Positions 27,259 to 37,117 of a stretch of DNA of 64,000 nt are shown piece by piece (position 1 is the stretch's first letter; every line of letters starts with the position of its first letter). Origin of the DNA: Limnochordia bacterium (GTDB taxonomy: Bacteria > Bacillota > Limnochordia > DTU080); contig JBMNJG010000007.1 of the NCBI GenBank assembly GCA_050951545.1, positions 256,001 to 320,000 of the forward strand, read 5' to 3'. The notes beneath the pieces were generated by a model that was not told where the DNA came from, made no database searches, and saw only the letters and a list, made by a program, of their open reading frames with translations. The translations under genes and the position numbers were made by a program.

Positions 27259-28557
27259 TCAGCCGTTGCGTTCGTTCATCGCGGAGACGACACGTTCTAG
27301 GGCGATCTCGTAGGCCGCGGCCCGTAGGTCACCGTTCTTTTGGCGGTCCCAGACAGCATCAAACGCCCGCAACATGGATTCTCGTATGGCCTGCCGTGTG
27401 CGCTCCAGGCTCCATTCCGATCCGGTGGTATTGGCTAGCCATTCAATATACGAACCATAGACTCCACCAGCATTGGCCAGGATGTCTGGGACCACGGTGA
27501 TCCCGCGCGAGACCAGTAGATCTTGCGCATCGAGAGTAGTCGGGCCGTTCGCCCCTTCCACAATCGCAGTTGCTTGCGTAGTTTGGGCCACTTCCAGGGT
27601 AATCTCGTTTTCCAGAGCGGCTGGGATCAACACATCGACCGGCAGCCGCAACAGCGTGTGGTTGTCGATACGCTCAAGGCCTGGGGCGTTATAGGTGTCG
27701 AGCAGGGCCCCAGGATTCTGACTGAAATGCAGCTCAATGTCGGCAATATCAAGACCTTGGGTGTGATAGACACCACCGGAAATGTCACTGAGAGCGACGA
27801 TACGGCACCCTTGTTCGGCGAGAACGAGGGTGGTCTGACGACCTACATTGCCGTAGCCTTGAATGGCGATGCTCGCTGTCAAAGGGTCCTTTCCAAGACG
27901 GGCAAGAAGCTCAAGCACTACGGTACCCAGACCCCGTCCGGTAGCCTCCTTGCGGCCGACATTTCCGCCGCTCTCTGTTGGCTTGCCAGTGACGATCCCC
28001 GGAACTGGCCGCATCAGAATCCGTCCAGCCTCATCCGCCAGCCAGGCCATCTCTCTCTCCGACGTGTTCATGTCTGGCGCAGGGATGTCGAGATACTCTC
28101 CGATGTTTGGCAGCAAACGCCGCGTAAACTCCCGGGTCAGACGCTCAAGCTCCCCTTGGCTAAGCCGTGCAGGGTTAACTTGAATGCCGCCTTTGGCACC
28201 GCCAAAGGGTATGTCGAGCACGGCACATTTCCAGGTCATCAAAGCCGCGAGTGCCTCGATTTCCACCAAGTCGACGCGTGGGTGAAAGCGGAGGCCGCCC
28301 TTGTAGGGTCCTCTAGCGTTGGAGTGTTGCACTCTGTAACCCCAGAAATGCTCCCAACATCCGGAGTCCATTTTCACCGGGAGGGAGACGACTATCTGGC
28401 GGTCGCAATGGCGCAGACGCTCAGCAACAGACTCATCGATGCCCAATGCCGCTGCCGCTCGTTCAAACTGGCGTTGCGTGGTGACCAACAGCGTGGAACC
28501 TCCGGGCATCGCCGATCCACCGCTGAGTGAACTCGTTCGTGTTGCATCTATGACCAT
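27259..28557 (-). CDS. gdh: Glu/Leu/Phe/Val dehydrogenase (glutamate dehydrogenase)
   Basis: GPYKGGLRFH, MTWKCA, GGAKGG, DIPAPD, QGYGNVG, EGANGP, ANAGGV; start uncertain. Confidence 0.9.
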   Translation of the reverse strand: MVIDATRTSSLSGGSAMPGGSTLLVTTQRQFERAAAALGIDESVAERLRHCDRQIVVSLPVKMDSGCWEHFWGYRVQHSNARGPYKGGLRFHPRVDLVEIEALAALMTWKCAVLDIPFGGAKGGIQVNPARLSQGELERLTREFTRRLLPNIGEYLDIPAPDMNTSEREMAWLADEAGRILMRPVPGIVTGKPTESGGNVGRKEATGRGLGTVVLELLARLGKDPLTASIAIQGYGNVGRQTTLVLAEQGCRIVALSDISGGVYHTQGLDIADIELHFSQNPGALLDTYNAPGLERIDNHTLLRLPVDVLIPAALENEITLEVAQTTQATAIVEGANGPTTLDAQDLLVSRGITVVPDILANAGGVYGSYIEWLANTTGSEWSLERTRQAIRESMLRAFDAVWDRQKNGDLRAAAYEIALERVVSAMNERNG

Positions 28558-28899
28558 GGCCTTAAACCCCCTACAAGCCAAAGTATATTAGCCATTAATG
28601 CATAGAAACCTTGTGCCTGTGACCGTGTACACAGTATGCATGCATATGACCCCAGACTGTGGTGCGTGTTGCGGTCCCTTCTGCCGATGGGGTTGATAGC
28701 AGTTCTGTGATGTATCATTTGCCATAGGGGGTATGAAGTTGCGCTATTGCTGACGGAGATCTTAGGCCGTCGACATGGCCCGCATAGTGCAACACGATCC
28801 ACTAGCGAGCCGATGGGCGACCGACCCGACGGGCGGCGGCCCGCAACGAGTTGCGAAAACGAGGGGCACTCATGTCGATGCTGAAGCGTAGAAGGACTG

Positions 28900-29382
28900 T
28901 CAAAGGAGGAGAAGACCTACACTGAGTGCCGTTATGATGACACCAGCGATCACTACGCCGGCAACGATCGACGGCAAAGCCAGATGCGGTGAGATGCGGA
29001 AGAGGACAGCCGCCAAGGAGGCACTCCAAGCCCCCGTGCCTGGTAGAGGAATGACGGTAAAGAGCATGAGTCCTATGGCCCCCAGCTTCTCAACTCTCTC
29101 ACTTCGCTTCAGGGTGCGGTTGATGCACCAGTCGAGTCCGCGGCCGAGCCAAGAGGTCCGAGACAGGCACTCCATCAGTCTTGGAAGCAGAGTCAGCAAT
29201 ATAGGGACAGGAGCGATGTTGCCTAACACCGCATAGAAGAATACCTCCCACGGTCGCAGACCCAGAGAGATTCCCAGGGGTATGGCCGCTCGCAGTTCAG
29301 TTACTGGCAGTGCCCCAGCCAGGAACACGCCCGTATGAGGTGAGAAAGTCTCCCGTAGGAAGTCGACGACGACCTCGATCAT
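28900..29382 (-). CDS. Small multi-drug export family membrane protein (COG2426-like)
   Basis: LPVTELRAAIP, IPLPGTGAW. Confidence 0.85.
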   Translation of the reverse strand: MIEVVVDFLRETFSPHTGVFLAGALPVTELRAAIPLGISLGLRPWEVFFYAVLGNIAPVPILLTLLPRLMECLSRTSWLGRGLDWCINRTLKRSERVEKLGAIGLMLFTVIPLPGTGAWSASLAAVLFRISPHLALPSIVAGVVIAGVIITALSVGLLLL

Positions 29383-29578
29383 GAACCAACCCGTCCTTGC
29401 CGCATAGTTGAAGACCTTTGGTACTTCCGTCCATACTCTATGGCGTCCTGCATATGAACAGACTATGCCGACCGAGATACATCGTCAAGAGTAAACGACT
29501 GAGCGTCTTTGCCTCGGACCTCGCGCTGTGAGGGTTCCACGGGAGCCACTCATTGACCCACCTGGAACGCGTCGTCGT

Positions 29579-30787
29579 TTACAGCATGCCCAGCTCTTCA
29601 AGGGCAGTTCGGACCATCGCCTCATGCTGCCTAATACGCAGCGATAGGGTCTGCTTCTTGCAGGTCTCAAGGGTCATGCCTGAGGCCCCCAAGAATTGGC
29701 CTGCGGCCCGAGCCAGGCTGCCAGAAATCGGATTGTGGAGATGCGAGAACTCGTGGTTCGAGCTACTCACCAGTTGGTTGGCTGCCCTGATCATCGCATT
29801 GACCACTTTGTTGCGCTCCGTATGCTGTGAGGCGGTACCTGCGTAATGGATGATGGATTGACCGACCGAACTCTTGTTAATCTTGTGGTACGAGTATCCT
29901 TCATGTAGATCCATGACCCATGTGGCCTTTTCATCTTTGACAAGCGCCCAGATAGCTCGTGAGAGACGATCGGTGGCTGACCCCCCGGCTGTCTGGGGGT
30001 AACACCGGTTCGGGTCTCGCGGGTACGCTCCAGTGCGTTGATTTGCCTGCAGACCGAGACGGTTCACTTCAGGAATGACGATAAGCGTGCCCTGACGTAC
30101 CGAGTAGGTAGTGAAGCCCCACGCAGCGAGCGATCCTGCTGGCTCGTTACCGTGCATGCCGCCTGTGATCACCACGACAGGACCAGGAAGGCCACTGCGG
30201 ATGACGTAGTAAGGGGTCTTGTAGCCGTTGTCGCCCACCAATAGGTCAGTTGGGGCCAGCCTCTTCGACTTATCCCAGGCGGTCCATGGTTCCTGCGGTT
30301 CTTCAGGTTCCTGCGGTTCTTCAGGTTCCTGCGGTTCTTCAGGTTCCTGCGGTTCCTCAGGTTCCTGCGGTTCCTCAGGTTCCTGCGGTTCCTCAGGTTC
30401 CTGCGGTTCGCCAGGTTCCTGCGGTTCGCCAGGCTCGCCTCCAAAGGTGAACTCCAGAGTGGCCTGTTCGTCTTGCTTGATCTGCACGGTAGCTTCTCTG
30501 CGTACCAGCGCCTCCGATGAAGCGCTGTGGAGCTGGATTTCTATGACCCAACTGCCCGTTCTCAAGCCGATGGGTATCTGGAGTTCATCTCCAGTGATCT
30601 CTTGACTACCACTCTTGGCGCTTCCATCATCTCCAGTGGCGGTCCATAGTACACTTTGAGCTTCAGGAAGGTTGGTGAGGCCTTGCAGCTTTAGCGAAGC
30701 GATGCCTTCAGGAGCTTTCCAGAGGTTCATGCAACCAGTCGCTAGAAGAGTGATGGCGAGTAGTACAGCGTAACAACGTGTTTTCAT
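29579..30787 (-). CDS. Lipoprotein with Pro/Glu linker and M14-clan succinylglutamate desuccinylase/aspartoacylase-like domain
   Basis: Lipobox LATGC; GGMHGNEPAG, DPNRCYP, DLHEG, TLET. Confidence 0.8.
   Translation of the reverse strand: MKTRCYAVLLAITLLATGCMNLWKAPEGIASLKLQGLTNLPEAQSVLWTATGDDGSAKSGSQEITGDELQIPIGLRTGSWVIEIQLHSASSEALVRREATVQIKQDEQATLEFTFGGEPGEPQEPGEPQEPEEPQEPEEPQEPEEPQEPEEPQEPEEPQEPEEPQEPWTAWDKSKRLAPTDLLVGDNGYKTPYYVIRSGLPGPVVVITGGMHGNEPAGSLAAWGFTTYSVRQGTLIVIPEVNRLGLQANQRTGAYPRDPNRCYPQTAGGSATDRLSRAIWALVKDEKATWVMDLHEGYSYHKINKSSVGQSIIHYAGTASQHTERNKVVNAMIRAANQLVSSSNHEFSHLHNPISGSLARAAGQFLGASGMTLETCKKQTLSLRIRQHEAMVRTALEELGML
30288..30431. repeat. Coding 18-bp tandem repeat, 8 copies ([EG]EPQEP)
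   Basis: GGTTCCTGCGGTTC(T/C/G)(T/C)CA x8. Confidence 0.95.
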
Positions 30788-31005
30788 TGTGCTCACCCCT
30801 TGCGGAAGGATCTAGCGGAGGCATTCAGGTAGGTTCCTGACCGCCGACAAGGGCCCATCCAAACAATGCCTCTACCCCCAGCTATTCTCAAACCTGCAGC
30901 TAGAGGCCTCCTGGGAATTGATGGGTCCGCTATAGCGAGGGAGCTGGTGTACCGGTTTTCGGTGTCAGTTACGGCGGGGAGGAGAGTTTGTGGAGCGAGC
31001 CGACA

Positions 31006-31050
31006 ACGAAAAAAAGCAGGAAGCCGGGAAAGCCGACCTGCTTTTTTCGT
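31006..31050. terminator. Rho-independent terminator, potentially bidirectional
   Basis: ACGAAAAAAAGCAGG...CCTGCTTTTTTCGT. Confidence 0.8.
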
Positions 31051-31073
31051 ATGTCCAATGGGTGATACAAGGG

Positions 31074-32000
31074 CTATTTCTTGATCTTGCTCAAGCGGTA
31101 TCCAGCTGCAAACGTGGCGCCGTTGTAGCCCGGATCGTCAAGCGGGATATCATTGAGGTCGACTGATATGCCACCATGCGTCCAGGAGTAGCGGGCGGCG
31201 ATAGCTACTCGCTCAGCTTCCAGAAGGGTCTCAAGAGGTACCAGTTCTTCGGCTTCGCCGCCTAGGTAGGGCAAAACACGGCTGAGCAGTGCTTTGTAGA
31301 GGGTACGGTTTTGGGCCACGATGTGGCGGACAGAGCGCTCCGATACGACGGTAGCATAGAACGGTAGGTAAGCAGCAGCTTCGCCCACCACCAAGATCAG
31401 GCAGCGTCCGTCTTTCCATACTGCCTCTATCTGCCGCTGTCCGTGACTGCCCATGTAACGCACGCTCTGCGCCCCGGGCCCTAAGAGGGCGTGTCCCATG
31501 GCATACGCATGAGATCCGTAGTTGAACTCATCCACGCCACAGCCGACGTACACGAAGGTTGGAGTCCCTCGCTTGTCGACAGGTTCTGCCAGGAAGTCTA
31601 CCACTTCGTCACAGAAGTAGAGTGACGATCCGCCGCAGATGCGGTGACCACGCCGTTTCCATTCGATCAACTGGTTGGCATCTTGCACATTGCCTGCCAT
31701 GGGCTTGTCTATGAGCACTGCCTTATCAGCCTCGATGAATGGGCGGGCCCGCTCCACATGCAGATCCCAATTGCAGGAATGGATGATGGCCACATCGACG
31801 GCTTCAGCCATTGCTTCGAGATCTGTGAAAACGTTAGGGATATCTAGCTTGGCGGCAAACTCTGCGGCGTAGCCTTCGGGGTAAACGGTACCACCATCGT
31901 ACACCCCAACCACGGTGTGGCCGAGTTCTCGTTCAATAGGAATCCAGCCTTGCGGGTGGGATGTGTCCAGATCGACGTGGCCAATGCGTAGCGCTTTCAT
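31074..32000 (-). CDS. Gfo/Idh/MocA-like oxidoreductase (divergent)
   Basis: IGHVDLDTSH, VLIDKP, GGSSL, YGSH. Confidence 0.8.
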   Translation of the reverse strand: MKALRIGHVDLDTSHPQGWIPIERELGHTVVGVYDGGTVYPEGYAAEFAAKLDIPNVFTDLEAMAEAVDVAIIHSCNWDLHVERARPFIEADKAVLIDKPMAGNVQDANQLIEWKRRGHRICGGSSLYFCDEVVDFLAEPVDKRGTPTFVYVGCGVDEFNYGSHAYAMGHALLGPGAQSVRYMGSHGQRQIEAVWKDGRCLILVVGEAAAYLPFYATVVSERSVRHIVAQNRTLYKALLSRVLPYLGGEAEELVPLETLLEAERVAIAARYSWTHGGISVDLNDIPLDDPGYNGATFAAGYRLSKIKK

Positions 32001-32199
32001 GTCCGTCCTCCTAGTTACTCTGTGCCTAATTCACAAGACCAATGGGAGTTGCCCTGAAAATCATCGTTAGTGCTTCCGCCAAGGGTTCTATGTTAGTACA
32101 AGGAAACCTCCCGTCGCACACGAAACAACTCCAAGGGATGTGAGTGGCCGCGGACGAACCAGTGGCGTGCGCACTCACTGGAAGGAGGACATGTCTCTC

Positions 32200-33231
32200 A
32201 TGGTTCGAATGGCGCTAATCGGATGCGGGGCCGCTGGGAAAAGTCACCTTCAGGAGATGCTCAAGCTCTCCGAGATCAAGGTGGTTGCTGTCTCGGATAT
32301 CAGGAAAGAAGCTCTGGATGAAGTGCGCCAGAAATTCGGGATTGACAAGACCTACATTGACTACAAGGAAATGATGCAGAAAGAGGAACTTGATGCGGTT
32401 TCTATCGTCACGCCTACGAGCACTCATCCCGAGGTGATCATGACAGCAGCAGCGCATGGCTTGCACGTCATGTGCGAAAAACCGCTTTCCCTATCTGTCC
32501 GCGAAGGCGAAGCAGCTGTTGAGGCGATGCGTAGGGCAGACCGCGTACTCGCAGTAACCTACACCTACAGATTCGTCCCTGACACCCGAAGAATGAAGGA
32601 GATCATCGATTCGGGTCTATTGGGAGACATTCTAGAGATCCGTTACCTTCGCTACGAGGGTAGACCGGAGAAGCCACCCGAGGGTTCGGAGCAACGCCGT
32701 CGCTATGACTGGTTCTTTAGCCCGGAAGGGTTGGGGCTTGTGTACGACTGTGGCATTCACGGCTTCGATCTCTTGCGATGGTACGCAGGTAGCGAGGTAG
32801 CTAGCGTTTGGGCGAGTGGGGAATACCACATGGGCTATGATTACCCAGACTCTGCCACGGCTATCTTCCGTTACGAGAACGGTATCAAGGGTCTCTTCGA
32901 CTATGGCGAAGTGGCACCTTATGTAACGGATACTGGTGGACTCCTCTTCAAGATCATCGTCACGGGTCGTCAGGGGACTGCGGTATGGCACTACGCAGGC
33001 CAAAGAGTAGAGAGCGGTTGGAGGACGACCATAAGTACCTACACGAGAGCCGGTCGTCAACAGGAGATGTTTCTGACGTACACGAAGGCTCGTGATCTTC
33101 AATACCAGCAGTTTGCAGAGAGTGTCAGATCGGGTCACCTTCAAGGTTACTGGGGAACTGCTGAAGACGCCGTCGAGGCCACGCGCATCGGCTTGGAGGT
33201 CTTGCGGCAGTGTGACGAGAGATCTACCTGA
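32200..33231 (+). CDS. Gfo/Idh/MocA oxidoreductase
   Basis: GCGAAG, HVMCEKP, DCGIHGFD. Confidence 0.9.
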   Translation: MVRMALIGCGAAGKSHLQEMLKLSEIKVVAVSDIRKEALDEVRQKFGIDKTYIDYKEMMQKEELDAVSIVTPTSTHPEVIMTAAAHGLHVMCEKPLSLSVREGEAAVEAMRRADRVLAVTYTYRFVPDTRRMKEIIDSGLLGDILEIRYLRYEGRPEKPPEGSEQRRRYDWFFSPEGLGLVYDCGIHGFDLLRWYAGSEVASVWASGEYHMGYDYPDSATAIFRYENGIKGLFDYGEVAPYVTDTGGLLFKIIVTGRQGTAVWHYAGQRVESGWRTTISTYTRAGRQQEMFLTYTKARDLQYQQFAESVRSGHLQGYWGTAEDAVEATRIGLEVLRQCDERST

Positions 33232-33343
33232 TAGCCTATTCGTGGGAGTCAGCACATGGGCGTCCGGCTCTGCGCTCTACGAAAACGAGGGACCCTCATG
33301 TCGATGAGGCAGCGTGGAACGATCTACACGGGGGGATTGTCAA

Positions 33344-34372
33344 ATGTTAAAGCTCGGCCTTATCGGTTGTGGCGGCATGGGCAGCCACCATGCACGTTTC
33401 TTTGGCAAGATGCCAAATGTCAGTGTCGCGGGTGTCTGCGACATCGTCGAAGAAAAAGCACGTAAAGTGGGCCAGGATCTTGACACCAAGTGGTGTGTGG
33501 ATTACCGTGACCTCTTGGGAGACGTAGATGCGGTTTGGGTCTGCACGGAGCCATTCAATCGTCTCGAGATCGTCACCACTAGCGCCAAGGCTGGCAAGCA
33601 TGTCTTTGCCGAGAAACCCATATGCCTGAGTCTCGAGGACGCCGATCAGATGATCGCCGCAGCCGAAGATGCCAACGTCAAGTTTATGCTGGGATACGTG
33701 CTACGCTTCCGGAATCCATACAAGCTGATGCATGATACGTTCGTCAGTGGCGAACTCGGTGAGCTCGTCACCTGTTGGACAAGGCGCTTCATGCCAGCCG
33801 ACATGAGCAACAGGTGGTATGGTTGGCAAGAGAAGAGCCTTGGAGTCACCCTTGATTTCGGCAGTCACGACATCGATTGGTTGCGCTGGATCGGTGGGGA
33901 TGTACAGACAATATTCGCCAAGACCTTTCGCGTACGTCCGACGATCCACGCGGACGAGCACGGACAAGCCCTGATGCTGTTCAAGAGTGGCGGCATGGGC
34001 ACTTGTGATGTGAGCTGGTCGTCGTATCTGACTGAGAGCTCTGTTGGCATTGTTGGCACCAAGGGCGCGATGATTGTCGGCCGCGATGGTAAGGTGCGAA
34101 AGAAAGTCGGCGATGGCGAAGAGCAGATTCTGGATGTAGACAGCGTGGTAAGTGTGGATCCTGAAGGAAACCTCGCCCGAGCCGCGAATGGTGGTCAGGG
34201 GGAGATAAACAGACAGGAGACCATACAAGAACACTTCATTCGCTGCGTTGAGGAGGATCTGGAGCCATTGACCGCCGCCAGAGATGGTCGAAAGACTCTG
34301 GCTACGATTCTGGCACTGCAGGAGTCTGCTCGCAGCGGTCAGGCAGTAGACGTGGCCTCCGCCGAGAGGTAA
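33344..34372 (+). CDS. Gfo/Idh/MocA oxidoreductase
   Basis: GCGGMG, HVFAEKP, DFGSHDID. Confidence 0.9.
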   Translation: MLKLGLIGCGGMGSHHARFFGKMPNVSVAGVCDIVEEKARKVGQDLDTKWCVDYRDLLGDVDAVWVCTEPFNRLEIVTTSAKAGKHVFAEKPICLSLEDADQMIAAAEDANVKFMLGYVLRFRNPYKLMHDTFVSGELGELVTCWTRRFMPADMSNRWYGWQEKSLGVTLDFGSHDIDWLRWIGGDVQTIFAKTFRVRPTIHADEHGQALMLFKSGGMGTCDVSWSSYLTESSVGIVGTKGAMIVGRDGKVRKKVGDGEEQILDVDSVVSVDPEGNLARAANGGQGEINRQETIQEHFIRCVEEDLEPLTAARDGRKTLATILALQESARSGQAVDVASAER

Positions 34373-34447
34373 CACGGTGAGCAGAGGGCACAAATGCGAG
34401 GGCCGGGGTTTTCTGCCCCGGCCTTGTGGAGTGATCGAACGAAGCTG

Positions 34448-35785
34448 ATGGCTGATGCGCTTGGTAAGGTCGGTTCCTTGGCCGCTGGGATGCCTGAAGA
34501 GCCAGAACGCATGCGACAGATGCTTAGGTTCTTCGCACCAGTTGTGGCGACTGGTGTGCTTATGGCGTTTTCGTACACAGCTGTAATGGCGGGGCTTAAC
34601 AGAACTCTTCAGCCAGCGGTAGCCGTGGCTGCCTACGCACTGGCTTTCAACTTGGCGGTCGTCATAGAGGCGCCCATCGTTATGTTGCGGCAGACCGTGC
34701 TGGTCTTAGTGAACACTCCGGAAGACCTGCGGCTTCTCTCTCGCTTGGCGGCGGCAATGGCCCTTGCCCTGTGCGGCTTGCAGGCATTGCTGGCCATAGG
34801 GCCATGGGGCATGTATGTGCTAGGGCATTGGCTCGGCATCCCCAGTGCACTTCTCGGTCCAACACAGGTTGCGTTGGCAGGGCTACTACCATTGCAGATC
34901 CTGTCTGCCATCCGGTATGTCTGCCATGGGTTGTTGTTACGCGCCAAACAGACGCATTTCATTTCCCTGGGCATGGGTGCCAGGGTATTGACAACCACTT
35001 TGGCCATCCCGGTCTTGCTGCACTGGCCGGGTCTCGGCAGCCTTTTGGCTTCCACGGCGCTGGTCTTGGGCATGGTGGTTGAGACCGTGATCGATGTATG
35101 GCGTGCTCGTGTAGCAGGGGGTATTCATCAGACGAGCGTAGGTGATGCGGTCCCGTTGACAACGGTTGGGGTGGTCTCTTTCCTGGGGCCGTTAGCAGCC
35201 ATGGGAGTGGTGGAGTGTTTGGCAGCGCCCGTCCGAAATGCTGGTCTGGCCCGGGCAGCCCAGCCGGAGCTCGTGCTGGCGGCATTTTCATTGACATGGA
35301 CGATCGTCAGTATGGTCATCCCACCCCTGCAAAACTTGCATCAAGTGGCGGTGGTCTTTGGCACTGAGAGCCGAGCATGGGCTAGTATCCGTCGCTTTTT
35401 CTTCTGGGTCGCTGTAGTTGCTACAGCAATTGCAGCTCTGCTGGGTTGGTCGCCCCTAGGCCAGTGGATACTCGAGGCAGTGCTAGGAGCATCAGCGGAG
35501 ATTGTGGACGCGGCAACTCAGAACTTAAGATGGCTGACCCCTCTACCAGCCTTGCTTGTTGTGGGCGACTACATCATCGGTAAGATGCTGATAGCTCGGC
35601 GCACGACGGTCTTGGTTGCGGGGAAGCTGGCGAACCTTGGTGTTACGGCGCTGGCCGCGGTCGGTGTGGGTATGCTCGCCACACGGTGGGGCCCAGGTGT
35701 GGGTGCGGTCATTGTGCTCAGTGGCGCCGTGGCAGAGGCTGTTGTGCTTGGCCTAGGCCAGATGATAGTAGCTTCAGGTAGGTGA
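34448..35785 (+). CDS. MATE/MOP-superfamily (ANKH-like) membrane transporter
   Basis: About 12 hydrophobic segments in two similar halves; start uncertain. Confidence 0.65.
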   Translation: MADALGKVGSLAAGMPEEPERMRQMLRFFAPVVATGVLMAFSYTAVMAGLNRTLQPAVAVAAYALAFNLAVVIEAPIVMLRQTVLVLVNTPEDLRLLSRLAAAMALALCGLQALLAIGPWGMYVLGHWLGIPSALLGPTQVALAGLLPLQILSAIRYVCHGLLLRAKQTHFISLGMGARVLTTTLAIPVLLHWPGLGSLLASTALVLGMVVETVIDVWRARVAGGIHQTSVGDAVPLTTVGVVSFLGPLAAMGVVECLAAPVRNAGLARAAQPELVLAAFSLTWTIVSMVIPPLQNLHQVAVVFGTESRAWASIRRFFFWVAVVATAIAALLGWSPLGQWILEAVLGASAEIVDAATQNLRWLTPLPALLVVGDYIIGKMLIARRTTVLVAGKLANLGVTALAAVGVGMLATRWGPGVGAVIVLSGAVAEAVVLGLGQMIVASGR

Positions 35786-35850
35786 TAGAGCCATCTACGG
35801 CGAAGCTCGCCATCAGAAGCGCAGGCAGCTAGACAGTGGGAGGCGAGCGT

Positions 35851-36057
35851 ATGACGCTACCAGAGGGAACGGGGCGATCCTATCAATGCCCTCGTTGCGC
35901 TCGAGCACTTGTTGTGTATGTGAACCCGGCTGGAGCTCCGCGCTGTACCCAGTGCAATAGGGCGATGGTCGAAGCTGAGGCGAATAGTGCTTCCGGACAA
36001 CTCAGCTTGTTTTCTGCCGTGCAACCAAAGGTTGCGAAACGAAGACAAGGTCGCTGA
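35851..36057 (+). CDS. Small zinc-ribbon protein with QLSLF motif
   Basis: RBS GGAGG; CPRC...CTQC; GQLSLF; fills the gap between co-oriented genes. Confidence 0.65.
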   Translation: MTLPEGTGRSYQCPRCARALVVYVNPAGAPRCTQCNRAMVEAEANSASGQLSLFSAVQPKVAKRRQGR

Positions 36058-36077
36058 GAGCAGCGATAGCTAATACG

Positions 36078-37115
36078 GTGAACGAGGTGACAGTGACTAT
36101 GCAGAGTGTAGAGCAGCTGGAAAGGATGCTAGCAGAGCCATCTCCTGCCTGCGTACGCGACGTGGCAGATATCGATGGGGATATTCTCATCCTGGGCGTG
36201 GGAGGCAAGATGGGCCCCAGCCTGGCCAAGCTAGCCGCGAATGCGATACAGGAGGCCGGAGTCAAAAAACGTGTGATAGGTGTCTCACGCTTCTCCACCA
36301 AGGAGTTGGCGGAGGATCTACAGGCTTGTGGCGTGGAGACCATCGCAGCAGATGTACAAAACGAGGCTCAACTGCAAGGGCTTCCCGAAGTGGAGAACGT
36401 TATCTACATGGTCGGCTTCAAATTCGGCAGCACGGGTCAGGAGCATCGTACCTGGGCCGTAAATGCTTATCTACCGGGCCGAGTGGCAGAAAAGTTCGCC
36501 CGTTCGCGCATCGTGGCGTTTTCCACGGGTAACGTATATCCACTTACCCCGCTGGCCATGGCTGGAGCGTCAGAAGAGCACCCTACAGGTCCGGTAGGTG
36601 AATACGCGCAGTCGTGTCTTGGAAGGGAACGTGTCTTTGAGTACTTCTCTTGGCTTCACAAGACACCGATGGTCCTCTTTAGGCTCAACTATGCCATTGA
36701 CTTGCGCTATGGGGTGCTGCTTGACGTAGCCACCGCAGTCAAAGAGCAGCGTCCGATCGATGTGAGTATGGGCCACGCCAACGTCATTTGGCAGGGCGAT
36801 GCGAATGAGCTGGCCCTGCGATCTTTGCGTGTGGCCTCGTCACCGCCCTTGGTGCTCAATGTGACTGGTCCAGAAACGGTGTCGATTCGTTGGCTGGCCG
36901 AGCGCTTTGGTGAGATCCTAGAGCGGGAGCCTATTATCGTCGGCGACGAACAGCCGACTGCGCTGCTGAGTAACGCTTCCCGGGCTCACCAGATGTTTGG
37001 GTATCCGCGCGTCTCACTGCGTCAGATGATGGAGTGGACGGCACAGTGGGTGCAGCAGGATGGTTACACTTTGGGCAAGCCGACTCATTTCCAAGAGCGC
37101 AGGGGGAGGTTTTAG
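36078..37115 (+). CDS. NAD-dependent epimerase/dehydratase family protein
   Basis: GVGGKMG, FSTGNVY, EYAQSCLGRER, RLNYA. Confidence 0.85.
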   Translation: MNEVTVTMQSVEQLERMLAEPSPACVRDVADIDGDILILGVGGKMGPSLAKLAANAIQEAGVKKRVIGVSRFSTKELAEDLQACGVETIAADVQNEAQLQGLPEVENVIYMVGFKFGSTGQEHRTWAVNAYLPGRVAEKFARSRIVAFSTGNVYPLTPLAMAGASEEHPTGPVGEYAQSCLGRERVFEYFSWLHKTPMVLFRLNYAIDLRYGVLLDVATAVKEQRPIDVSMGHANVIWQGDANELALRSLRVASSPPLVLNVTGPETVSIRWLAERFGEILEREPIIVGDEQPTALLSNASRAHQMFGYPRVSLRQMMEWTAQWVQQDGYTLGKPTHFQERRGRF

Positions 37116-37117
37116 TC

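Noticed and set aside
27523-28530. 335-aa ORF antisense to gdh
   Set aside because: Shadow frame of a well-conserved gene; other antisense ORFs (4435-5355, 37136-37894) are rejected for the same reason.
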